In this document: positions 9,967 through 19,850 of the stretch, one piece after another
Layout of the letters: each line of letters opens with the position of its first letter
How positions within the stretch are numbered: the stretch's first letter is position 1
NCBI GenBank assembly: GCA_049724395.1
Contig: JAUGWO010000035.1
Coordinates: 1-64,000 of the forward strand
Origin: Spongospora subterranea f. sp. subterranea
Taxonomy: Eukaryota
DNA length: 64,000 bases
Reading direction: 5' to 3'
Notes under the pieces: model-generated
What the model was told of the DNA's origin: nothing
What the model saw: the letters and a program-made list of their open reading frames with translations, nothing else
Databases searched by the model: none
Translations under genes and position numbers: made by a program

Positions 9967-10465
9967 CAGTGCGGGACATCTAGTCTCGACAAATTTCCAA
10001 GGACTCTTTTGTATGGCAGCTGGCACGGAATTCTCAACCGCCGAACTACAATAAGCCGGGTATTGAACATCGTTATCACATACTCCCTCCGTTCGGAAAT
10101 AAAGGTCTCACGCACCTTTTTTTGATGTTCGGAAATAAAGGTCTCATTGATGGTTCTGCACACACAAAGCTCAGTGCATCCTGCGTTCGCTGCTTCAGAA
10201 CTTCCAAGGCCATCATTGAATTCTTCTTAATGATGGCCTTGGCGCCTGACGAACTTGTTGACACTTTCAAGGTTTAATTTGATAAAGTGGACAGGGAAAA
10301 GTTTGAAAAACCGGTGCATTGAAGAATTTTTTATTCATCACCTCTTTGCATCCTGCTTTGCTTGATGCAAAACTGCAATGTCGCAGGGTAAATTGTCTGG
10401 AACATCACCTTGGCGCCTGAGCCGTTCCTTGCCCATGTGAGACATCTTATAATTGTTACCCCCCT

Positions 10466-10910
10466 TGACCTTCATGATCTTCATCATGCATTGCTGGAGA
10501 GTTAAAAGTGACATTCATGATCTCCATACTGCACTGCTGGAGAGTTAAAAGTGACATTCATGATCTTCATCATGCATTGCTGGAGAGTTAAAAGTGACAT
10601 TCATGATCTCCATACTGCATTGCTGGAGAGTTAAAAGTGACATTCATGATCTCCATACTGCATTGCTGGAGAGTTAAAAGTGACATTCATGATCTCCATA
10701 CTGCGTTGCTGGAGAGTTAAAAGTGACCTTCATGATCTCCATACTGCATTGCTGGAGAGTTAAAAGTGACCTTCATGATCTCCATACTGCATTGCTGGAG
10801 AGTTAAAAGTGACCTTCATGATCTCCATACTGCATTGCTGGAGAGTTAAAAGTGACCTTCATGATCTCCATACTGCATTGCTGGAGAGTTAAAAGTGACA
10901 TTCATGATCT
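10466..10910. repeat. 43-bp tandem array, left block (10 full units + 1 interrupted)
   Basis: Unit TGAC(A/C)TTCATGATCTCCATACTGCATTGCTGGAGAGTTAAAAG starting at 10466, 10509 ... 10896. Confidence 0.97.
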
Positions 10911-11129
10911 TGTAACATATGTGTCAACGTATTGACCCTATGTTATAGCCTACGACAGGCTACCCTATTGTATTGGATATAGCTGGCAACGGAGTTCCTG
11001 ACGGACTTTACGGACCAGATATCGGATCTAATACACAGAGAGTATATTGGCTCGGAATAGGAACATCTATTGTGTGTAAATAGCATCTATAGTAATACAC
11101 CTGACCAGTGTATACCGATGTATGTTACA
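10911..11129 (+). repeat. 5' LTR (219 bp)
   Basis: TGTAACATA...TATGTTACA; one visible difference from the 3' LTR (TAATACACC vs TAATCCACC). Confidence 0.97.
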
Positions 11130-11603
11130 AAGAATTCTTTAGTATGAAAATGTATGTCATTTTATACAAAGGGAAGGATAGATCAGGGACGACACCGGGT
11201 GTCAGAAATGGCATGGACTGGTTGATACTGATTGTTGGATGATTCGTATTTATACAATAGTTGTGTATTACGAATAGTGTCTGTTATGTATGATGGACAC
11301 ATGGACTCGACAACGCTAGCAACAGATTCAAAACCTGTTGGTTGTGGGTAGACTAGGGACAGTCAACGGTCAACAAATCGGTGATTTGAACGACCAGGTC
11401 AGAGCAGGACCATGGGATCGGCAAGTTTCAGACAACGAAACTCCGTGAAAAACTGCGACAGTAGAGGGCTGCGGCAAAGTGCCGTCAGAGATTAATCAAT
11501 TCATGATGGAATTGAGATCGTGACTCATGACAGAGGTCTTGTGCCGATTGTTTGATTGGAATTGAGTTCATTTGGGATTTTCGATTTGATTGGAACTCTC
11601 GTA

Positions 11604-13145
11604 ATGGTAGACTCGGTCACCGCAAGTGATAAGATTCCTAAGAAGAAAAAGTCAGTCCCTCAAACGGCGGGCATGGTCTTTGAGACCAACAAGGCCCCAA
11701 CGTTGGTAGACACCCAGCGGTCATCAATAATAGCCTTCAACCAGGACCTAAAGAGGTACTGGGAGGTGTTAGAAGATGCGAACAGCAGGGAGAATGCAAG
11801 GCCACTTAGAACCATGGTGGAGGCGACCCTACTGAAGACCTTAGCTCTGTATGAGCTAAAGAAACCTGTTGACGAGGTTACAGATTCAGATCTCAGTGAA
11901 TGGTGCGAGCGTCAGCTCAAAGAAGATCCATTTGCGTGGTCGCGAATCAAGGAAGTCATGTCAACAGTGGTGATGCAGGAGACAATGTCTTCTGCAAATG
12001 CCAGAGTCGTGCAGATGATGCATTCTTGGACCAAGAAGGTCCAAGAGAATTCATGGGAAGCTTTCTTCGACACCAGAGAGGGTAAGAAGGAGCAGGTCCG
12101 TATCCTTTTGAATGGGATACGACCAGAGGCATTATCAAGGATGATCAAAGCGGTCGCCTTGACTAAAAAGAAAGCTGAGATTGAAGAAAATCCCAGTGCC
12201 CTGGTGGATCTTATGATCCAAAAGACAGAAATGTTTCTTGAAGTTACCCATTTCCTTCATGAAACAAAACCAGGTCGGAATGCCACAGATTTTAAGAAAC
12301 TGCAACCCGAGGTGAGACAACGCCCGGCGTCAGAAAAAAACGTTAAGCATAAGAAAGGAAAATTCTTATGTTTGTGTTGCGGTTTGGAAGGACATAGTAT
12401 GTCCAAGTGTCCACAGAAACCATCGAAGACAGAGATGGAATCGCTCTTGGTTAAACACAAAGACAAAATGAAAGTTTTGTTTAAGAATAAACCATACAGC
12501 GATGGACAGTATATGAGGATTTGTCGGATTGGAGTTGCTAGCATAGAGAGCCAACAGAACGGTGATCTTTATGTCAGGACTACGACAGGATCCAACAGTA
12601 GTGATTTCTACAAAGTGTCAGAAATGCACGAACCGTCAACTGCAGACAAACAGTTGAGTGTTAGAGTGTCGACTGCAGGAATGATATTTCCAGGGTTATT
12701 AGACAGTGGTACCCAGTCGACAGTTATACCGATGAGCATTGCGAAGAAAGCGCAGAGGCTCGATGATAAGATCGGTATAAGGAAACTGGCAAAGGCAATT
12801 AAGTTAATATTGCCAGATAAGACAGTGGCGGAAGCAACACATGAGATGTTGGCTGATCTGACCCTGTATACAGCAACGGGCGAACTGATCATTCGGAACC
12901 GGAGATGTTTGCTGTGGGATTCACCATTAGATGAAATATTGCTAGGTGAAGATTTGTTGAAAGAGCTGGGGATAAATCCTAAGGATGCTCTAGAGTCGCT
13001 AATTCTAAAGAAGACATTAGGCGCCAACAATGAGGATAATATCAGTCATTGGGATTTGTACAACGATGATGATATTATTATTGGGGAAGATTTCCCAGAA
13101 GACAGTTTGAAGTCAAATGGAAGACATGATGTCTCGTGCTATTGA
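11604..13145 (+). CDS. Gypsy gag + aspartic protease
   Basis: Zinc knuckle CLCCGLEGHSMSKC; protease LLDSGTQ and ILLGEDLL. First ATG of the ORF at 11604. Confidence 0.9.
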   Translation: MVDSVTASDKIPKKKKSVPQTAGMVFETNKAPTLVDTQRSSIIAFNQDLKRYWEVLEDANSRENARPLRTMVEATLLKTLALYELKKPVDEVTDSDLSEWCERQLKEDPFAWSRIKEVMSTVVMQETMSSANARVVQMMHSWTKKVQENSWEAFFDTREGKKEQVRILLNGIRPEALSRMIKAVALTKKKAEIEENPSALVDLMIQKTEMFLEVTHFLHETKPGRNATDFKKLQPEVRQRPASEKNVKHKKGKFLCLCCGLEGHSMSKCPQKPSKTEMESLLVKHKDKMKVLFKNKPYSDGQYMRICRIGVASIESQQNGDLYVRTTTGSNSSDFYKVSEMHEPSTADKQLSVRVSTAGMIFPGLLDSGTQSTVIPMSIAKKAQRLDDKIGIRKLAKAIKLILPDKTVAEATHEMLADLTLYTATGELIIRNRRCLLWDSPLDEILLGEDLLKELGINPKDALESLILKKTLGANNEDNISHWDLYNDDDIIIGEDFPEDSLKSNGRHDVSCY

Positions 13146-14949
13146 TAACGGATTGCCTATAGAATGGCAAAGTCGACTAAGGAAGTTGATATGGAAGTAT
13201 CAAACTGTTTGGAGAAGGTCGCTGGGACCTGATCCACCTGCAAATGTCACTCCTTTCGTAACGAACCTGAGGGAAGGAGTTGAACCTGTTAGGTGCAAAT
13301 CCCGACGGTACAGCAAGGAACATAGTGAGTTCCTGGCGACATTTGTCAGCCTTCTGGAGAAATATGGATTGGTTTATGAAAACTACAATTGTGAGTGGGC
13401 CTCTCCGGTTGTGGTGGTCAGAAAACCCGGTGGTAAAGGATTACGTATGGTGGTTGATTTGCGAGAAGTCAACGCTCTATGCAAGGCAACTGCATGGCCC
13501 ATGCCGTTTCTTGAATCAATAGTCAAGCATTTGGGTGGCTCCAAATATTGGTTTTCTCTAGACGCTTTCAAAGGTTTCTGGATGATGCCACTTGACGCCG
13601 ATTGCAAAGAAATGTTTTCTTTTATGACTGATCGAGGGGTTTACACTCCAACGAGATCCATTCAGGGAGCACTGAATTCTGCCACACAGTTCCAAGCTAG
13701 AATGCATGAGATATATAGGGAACTGCTGTATCAATCATTAATAATATGGATTGATGACATATTGGGACACGCAGACACTCAAGAGAAGTGGTTCCAGGTG
13801 TTAGAAACGACACTTAAATTGGCACAGGAACACGATATCAAATTCAACTTAGAGAAGTGTGAATTGTTCCAGATTAAGGCCAAATTCTGTGGAAGAATAT
13901 TCACTCCTGAGGGTGTGAGGCATGATCCGGCTAGAGTTGAGGCATTAGTAAATATGCAGAAGCCAACGACAGCGCGAGACTTGCAACAGTTTGTTATGGC
14001 TATTCAATGGATGAGTAGAGCCATTCCAGATTATAATAGATTAGTTCTGCCATTGCAGAATATCTATGAAAACGCAATGAAAGGTCAGCCGAAAAGGACC
14101 AAATCGGTGGCCAAGGGAATTTCATTGAGCGCGTTTGGTTGGAATGCTGTTCATGATGAAGCATTCAACAGTATGAAGGCTGCGATCAGTAGACGAACTC
14201 AGCTGAACTATCCTGACGAGGATATGGTTCAATGTGTGTTCACTGATGCGAGTCAATATCATAGTTCTGGTATGGTGACACAGATTCCACATGAGGATGT
14301 TGGGAAACTGCCGTTCCATGATCAGAGACATGAACCGTTGGGATTCTGCGGACACAGATTCCATGGATCAGAATTGAACTGGTCTACGCCAGATAAGGAA
14401 GCATTCGCTATCTGGGACACAGTTAGGAAATTGGACTATTTAGTTCAATCTTCTAAACCCTTTCTGCTTTTTACGGATCATAGGAATTTGACTTCCATGT
14501 ATAATCCTGAAAAGTGCACGAAGCAAGCTGGGGAACGCTTGGAAAGATGGGGTATGGATCTCAGATCATTTAGATTCAACATCGAACATATACCAGGAGA
14601 CATGAATGTCTGGGCTGATATGATGACTCGATGGGGGGCTGTATTATCAAAATCAGACATTGATAATGGCCTACAGGAATCTGGATGCGGTTTTGAGAGA
14701 TGCAATAGGATTACAGTTAATCGTCGTACTCAAAGGAGTAATGGATCGATAACTGATGAATCTGAGCATGTTGAGAATGATATCGATCATGATGCTAGGA
14801 TAGACCCAACTGATGCATCACTTGGACCTCAAAACTTCAAGGATCAATTTCGGACTCAACCCTGTGGCCAACTGTTGTTTTTTTTTTTTTTTTTTGTGAT
14901 TGAGTTCGCATTTTTCAAGGATCAATTTCGGACTTCAACCCATGAGTAA
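13117..14949 (+). CDS. Gypsy reverse transcriptase + RNase H
   Basis: WASPVVVV, RMVVDLR, LDAFKGFW, QGALNS, catalytic WIDD; RNase H FTDAS, KEAFA, TDHRNL. Confidence 0.95.
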   Translation: MEDMMSRAIDNGLPIEWQSRLRKLIWKYQTVWRRSLGPDPPANVTPFVTNLREGVEPVRCKSRRYSKEHSEFLATFVSLLEKYGLVYENYNCEWASPVVVVRKPGGKGLRMVVDLREVNALCKATAWPMPFLESIVKHLGGSKYWFSLDAFKGFWMMPLDADCKEMFSFMTDRGVYTPTRSIQGALNSATQFQARMHEIYRELLYQSLIIWIDDILGHADTQEKWFQVLETTLKLAQEHDIKFNLEKCELFQIKAKFCGRIFTPEGVRHDPARVEALVNMQKPTTARDLQQFVMAIQWMSRAIPDYNRLVLPLQNIYENAMKGQPKRTKSVAKGISLSAFGWNAVHDEAFNSMKAAISRRTQLNYPDEDMVQCVFTDASQYHSSGMVTQIPHEDVGKLPFHDQRHEPLGFCGHRFHGSELNWSTPDKEAFAIWDTVRKLDYLVQSSKPFLLFTDHRNLTSMYNPEKCTKQAGERLERWGMDLRSFRFNIEHIPGDMNVWADMMTRWGAVLSKSDIDNGLQESGCGFERCNRITVNRRTQRSNGSITDESEHVENDIDHDARIDPTDASLGPQNFKDQFRTQPCGQLLFFFFFFVIEFAFFKDQFRTSTHE

Positions 14950-15169
14950 GTTGGTGTGGCCAACTGTTGATGAGATTACTTCAAGAGCATTACAAATCAA
15001 TTCTATTAGAGGGTTCTGAGACAGGGACTTCCTTAACCTTTGTTCCCCAAAATTCAGATGGGTTGTTGCTAAATGCCACCACTCAGACAAAGTGGTTATC
15101 CCAGATGAATGTGACAATCTTGAAAGACTAAATCACTCAGACAAAGTGTTATTGAATTGCCCATGTTGG

Positions 15170-16589
15170 GGCAAATTGTGGACATTATGGAATTAATGTA
15201 GTACTCAAACTACTACAAGAACAATTTCATTGGAAATCGATGATCGATGATGTCACATCTATATGTAACTTGTGTTTACATTGCATTCCTACAAGAGGAG
15301 GGAAGAGAATCCCACGACCTTTTGGTGAAGCATGTCATGGAACTAGACCAAATCAAGTATTGCACTTTGATTTCATGTATATAATGCCTAGAGTGAAAGG
15401 ATCATATCATGAGTTTGAATGGGTTCTAGTTATTGTAGATGACTTGTCAGGTTTGGTTCACCTGACACCAGCAGTGACTCCTGATACGGAGACGACTGTT
15501 GATGCGTTGATGGAATGGCGATCAAAGTTTGGAACATCAGAGGTGTATGTTTCAGATCAAGCTTCTTACTTTCTTTCAGAAGTAATGAGGAGCTTTGCCA
15601 AGAAAGCGGGTGTGGAACAACATTGGACCACAGCGTATATTCACTATCCTAACGGGACAGTTGAGGTTGTGAATAAGGCACTGAAGTCTTTATTTCAAGC
15701 TCTGATTTCAGAGTTGAGGTGGAATAAAGAGGATTGGCCATGGTTGTTGAAAGCAATAGAACATGCTATCAACCATCGACCAAAGAAGAGACTGGGGTGG
15801 AAAGCACCAGTAACGGTTCATACCGGATTAAAGAGTGATAATCCGCTGGAACTTATCTTCAAAAAGCCTGGAGAGAACCTGGGTAAATGTCAGATGACAA
15901 CAGAACAAATTGTCAGCAGAACTGAGACATTAGAGAGTGCTATGGAACAGCTGCACAAAGAAGTTGCGGCTATTACGAGTTCTGAACGGACCCAGAATCG
16001 TAAGTTGCCAAAGACAAGGAAACCTCGGCAAAGACCAAATTTTGGTGTCGGAGATTTCGTCTTATGTAGCCCTGATGTTGAGAAGTCTGGACAGAAGCTC
16101 TTTCAGAGATGGAGAGGGCCATATCAGATTGTTGAGAATAACAATGGATATGTGTTTACTGTCATGAACTTAGTTGATAAGTCAATGCGGAAAGTTCATG
16201 GAGATAGAATCCGATTTTATGACGATTCAAAGATGAATGTTACTGAGGAGATCAAGAATCAGTTTGCATTTGACAATGCTACATTTGAAGCAGAGTTTAT
16301 TGTGAACGTGAAAGTGGATTCGAAATCTCAATCGCTCGTAGCATTAGTAAAATGGTTGGGATTTTCAGAGACCGAAAATTCCTGGTAGCCATTAGAGCAA
16401 GTTGCTCAGGATGCAAGGACATTGGTCCAAGAATTCTTGATTGCAAACAAAACTCATTTACTGAAAAGTCAGATTGAGGTTTTGTTAGAGAAATTGATGG
16501 ACAAATCAATTGATGTGGTTGCTTCACCAGAGTTGAAGTGTAAGGCCAAGTCATATCCCAGGCGTCGGAAACTGAGAGCCCACAGTTAG
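15170..16589 (+). CDS. Gypsy integrase + chromodomain (in-frame TAG at 16386-16388 inside the chromodomain)
   Basis: CNLCLHC, LHFDF, SDQASYF, NGTVE, WRGPY; chromodomain LVKWLGFSETENSW*PLEQV. Confidence 0.9.
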
Positions 16590-16874
16590 CCTACGATATG
16601 ATTGAAGCAGTGTTGCGATATTATTATGATTTTTTTGGTTTAGTGAGTGAAAGTCTCACAGTACCTTGGATGAGGATTCATTCATGGTCTCTAACAAGAT
16701 AGTCAGTGAGGACTAGATTAATATTAGAAACGATATTGATTAGGGAAAGTATAACCTACTTGTAAAAGATTCCTATTTTTTTGCATAATGATTATAGACG
16801 CAAACTGGCTTCAGGAAATTTGGGATTTTTATCTAAAATTTTCATGGGTGGGGCATTTCTTTGAAAGAAGGAAG

Positions 16875-17093
16875 TGTAACATATGTGTCAACGTATTGAC
16901 CCTATGTTATAGCCTACGACAGGCTACCCTATTGTATTGGATATAGCTGGCAACGGAGTTCCTGACGGACTTTACGGACCAGATATCGGATCTAATACAC
17001 AGAGAGTATATTGGCTCGGAATAGGAACATCTATTGTGTGTAAATAGCATCTATAGTAATCCACCTGACCAGTGTATACCGATGTATGTTACA
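16875..17093 (+). repeat. 3' LTR (219 bp)
   Basis: Preceded by the polypurine tract and followed by TSD GATCT. Confidence 0.97.
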
Positions 17094-17640
17094 GATCTCC
17101 ATACTGCATTGCTGGAGAGTTAAAAGTGACCTTCATGATCTCCATACTGCATTGCTGGAGAGTTAAAAGTGACATTCATGATCTCCATACTGCATTGCTG
17201 GAGAGTTAAAAGTGACATTCATGATCTTGTAACATATGTGTCAACGTATTGACCCTATGTTATAGCCTACGACAGGCTACCCTATTGTATTGGATATAGC
17301 TGGCAACGGAGTTCCTGACGGACTTTACGGACCAGATATCGGATCTAATACACAGAGAGTATATTGGCTCGGAATAGGAACATCTATTGTGTGTAAATAG
17401 CATCTATAGTAATCCACCTGACCAGTGTATACCGATGTATGTTACAGATCTCCATACTGCATTGCTGGAGAGTTAAAAGTGACCTTCATGATCTCCATAC
17501 TGCATTGCTGGAGAGTTAAAAGTGACCTTCATGATCTCCATACTGCATTGCTGGAGAGTTAAAAGTGACCTTCATGATCTCCATACTGCATTGCTGGAGA
17601 GTTAAAAGTGACCTTCATGATCTCCATGGAGAGTTAAAAG
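17094..17640. repeat. 43-bp tandem array, right block (~7 units, interrupted by a solo LTR)
   Basis: Units start at 17127, 17170, 17213, 17480, 17523, 17566 and 17609 (partial); the array then merges into mariner transposase sequence. Confidence 0.95.
17228..17446 (+). mobile_element. Solo LTR of the same Gypsy family
   Basis: 219 bp, apparently identical to the 3' LTR, flanked by GATCT on both sides (17223-17227, 17447-17451). Confidence 0.97.
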
Positions 17641-18559
17641 CATTTCTTTAAGCTTATCTTTCTCCATGCTATCAAACGAGATCCTGACAGCCTTCACAAG
17701 ATCATCGATTTTTTCGCTGCTGTAGAGGAATCTGTTTGACTTTTTCAGGATCATTGACTTTTTTCTTTGGTCCAACCTTTCCTCGTTTGTGTGAACAACA
17801 CAGGACGGCAGAAGTCCCAAATCCTACTCACAGCTCTGCGTGAATCGGCAAATTGACTGCTTGCTGAGGCAATTGAACCAAGAACGAACCTTCCTGAACC
17901 ACTCATCCTTAAGACATATTCGTATATTACACGACTCTGGTCGTCAGTAAGGTTCTTTTGTCCTTTTCTATCAGCAAACTTCTCAGGAACGATACGAATT
18001 CCGAGGGTTGCTGCTCGTCGGCTATTTTCTTTGGAAAAGCCGGCATGGCTTCTCCAGCTCGGCTTAGGTCTCCTGCAGGTGCAGTCATGTTGTTAGGTGC
18101 TAGTTCAACAATGACGAGGTGGCGGTGCCGCTAAAAAATCTCCCGTAAACCCTAGTTTTTCATTTTGATCTAACTTTAGTTTGAAATGAGCGTCGAGGCT
18201 CAAAATTTCGGGAGAGCAAAGCACTTGACGCGCGCGTCATTATCCAGTTCTATGATATGAGGTTGCGCATAAAACAACCTTAATCCACGCACGTTTTTCA
18301 AACAGGACCTTTATTTCCGAATAGAGGGAGTAGATATCATCGAGACCAACAATTTGACGATTTGAATTTTGTCATAAGTCAAAAACTCAGTGCGGAGTTC
18401 ACGTTTGAAAATCACCTTTTTTAAAATTGGCCAGTGGTGAAAATATATGCGTATAAATGTGCGTGCGCATCTTTATAGCTGCGTGTGTCACGGAACATAT
18501 AATGCGTACGTCGCATTCTATAAAATGCGACAAAAACCTAAAACATGCGAAGAGGAAAT

Positions 18560-19100
18560 AACAATTTTTGCCACTCTTTTCCGCCCATTGTTTTTTCAGG
18601 TCTTCAATGTCGTCCGCAGGTATTGCACGTTGTGACTTGTATTGTTTGCAAATGAAGCAGCTACTTGACCTTCAGACCATTCTTGTAGCGTCTCCAAAGC
18701 GAATTGCCAGCCGAAACCATTTGCGGTCAAAGGCTAATGGAATTTCATCCAGGATCTGTGGCGCCTTGTTACGTAAGCCGGGAAACGGATAATCGCATTG
18801 TTCGCGGCAAATAACTTTGCCCTTCCCCATGCCATTTCTATTGGGTTTAACTCATATGGATCTTTGGCAAAATTCTGATGAAAACTCTGCTTCCAATTCC
18901 AAAATTCGGGTCAGACAGCATGTAGGAATTTCTGGATTCTTGAGTTTGTTAGTTTTGCAGTCTTTACAAATACCAATGCATTTGCGATGTTCTGGGAGTA
19001 GCCCCCGTTCTTGTACAACATGCGACATCCCTTTTGCTTGTGGGAATAATCGTTCAGGAAAACCACTGATTGTGGAACAGAAGTCGGGTCAATCTGATTT
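18560..19100 (-). pseudogene. Degenerate transposase of the outer Tc1-like element
   Basis: QAKGMSHVVQERGL, CKDCK...TCCLTRIL, LPK.H.ELNPIEMAWGRAK, REQCDYPF, QYKSQRAIP across frames. Confidence 0.75.
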
Positions 19101-19699
19101 CGCTAAATGTTTACAGTATATAATTAGTTTATGGCCGCAATTCGACGATAAATATTTCTAACCTGGGGAGCGGAAATGAAGAAAGTATCGCGCATTAAAG
19201 GGTTTTTGCCTCCGGGATTCACGTTCATGGAAATCTGAACTGCACAGATTTTCAAAGAGATGCAGTGAATCATGTTCTTGTTTGTTGCGAGAAGCAAGTT
19301 TCCTTGTCGTCGTCTTGCAGCCTCTGCAGCAGCAGTACGTTTCCCGACATCGTAAGCGGGGCATCACAAGCAAACCGTATCGTTTATATGCTCTCCTCAG
19401 GAATGTTCGGTAGTTAAACATCGACAAAGTGGGTTTAATCGACTGGTGCATAAACTCTATATATTTAGAGAGAGAATTTCATTCCCTATTCAGCAAGCTG
19501 TCTGACGGCTCAAAAACAGCAATATTGAGGGAGTTCTATAAATAGCTTTTGATTTTTTGAAAATTGGCCGGAGTGTACATATGGGGAAAGCAGCTTGTTA
19601 GATTCGTTTTTTCAAGGCGCATCTTTTTTGCTAACATAGTTTGGCCTCTACTCCACTTGAAAGGCCCGTAAAAATTTGTCGGGTAGATGTCCCGCACTG

Positions 19700-19850
19700 T
19701 AGGATGTGGGCGACAACACCCACCATTTGGGATTCCAACACACAAAATATAGACTGCGTGAGAAGGTACACCGACACACTAGAAATGGGACTTGAACACA
19801 CTAGGAATGGGTCTTCAACACACTGTAGACATGGGTCTTGAACACACAGA
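19700..19850. repeat. Continuation of the 121-bp tandem repeat beyond the outer transposon
   Basis: TAGGATGTGGGCGACAACACCC...CTGCGTGAGAAGGTAC...ACACTAGAAATGGGACTTGAAC matches 9723-9840. Confidence 0.9.

Larger units (their letters stand above)
10911..17093 (+). mobile_element. Near full-length chromodomain-bearing Ty3/Gypsy LTR retrotransposon
   Basis: 219-bp LTRs (TGTAACATA...TATGTTACA), 5-bp TSD GATCT (10906-10910 / 17094-17098), polypurine tract GAAAGAAGGAAG (16863-16874), gag-PR-RT-RH-IN-chromodomain order. Confidence 0.97.
10083..18330 (-). mobile_element. Inner mariner (DD39D/Stowaway-like TIR), internally deleted, TA TSD
   Basis: 25-bp TIRs CTCCCTCCGTTCGGAAATAAAGGTC / CTCCCTCTATTCGGAAATAAAGGTC flanked by TA. 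Transposase pieces KNLTDDQSRVIYE (~17920-17965), IDDLVKAVRISF...LLTL (~17630-17710) and QQCMMKIMKVKGGNNYKMSHMGK (~10430-10495). Confidence 0.9.
9967..19699 (-). mobile_element. Outer IS630/Tc1/mariner-type DNA transposon with ~30-bp TIRs and TA target-site duplication
   Basis: Left end TA|CAGTGCGGGACATCTAGTCTCGACAAATTT; right end AAATTTGTCGGGTAGATGTCCCGCACTG|TA. Removing the element restores CACTAGGATGTGGGCGAC of the 121-bp unit. Confidence 0.9.

Noticed and set aside
13110..13145. Programmed frameshift between Gypsy PR and RT
   Set aside because: No slippery site or structure seen; one extra A in TCAAATGG explains it, consistent with indels elsewhere.
10466..17640. CRISPR-like array
   Set aside because: The 43-bp (and 42-bp) units are head-to-tail without unique spacers, there are no cas genes, and the context is eukaryotic.
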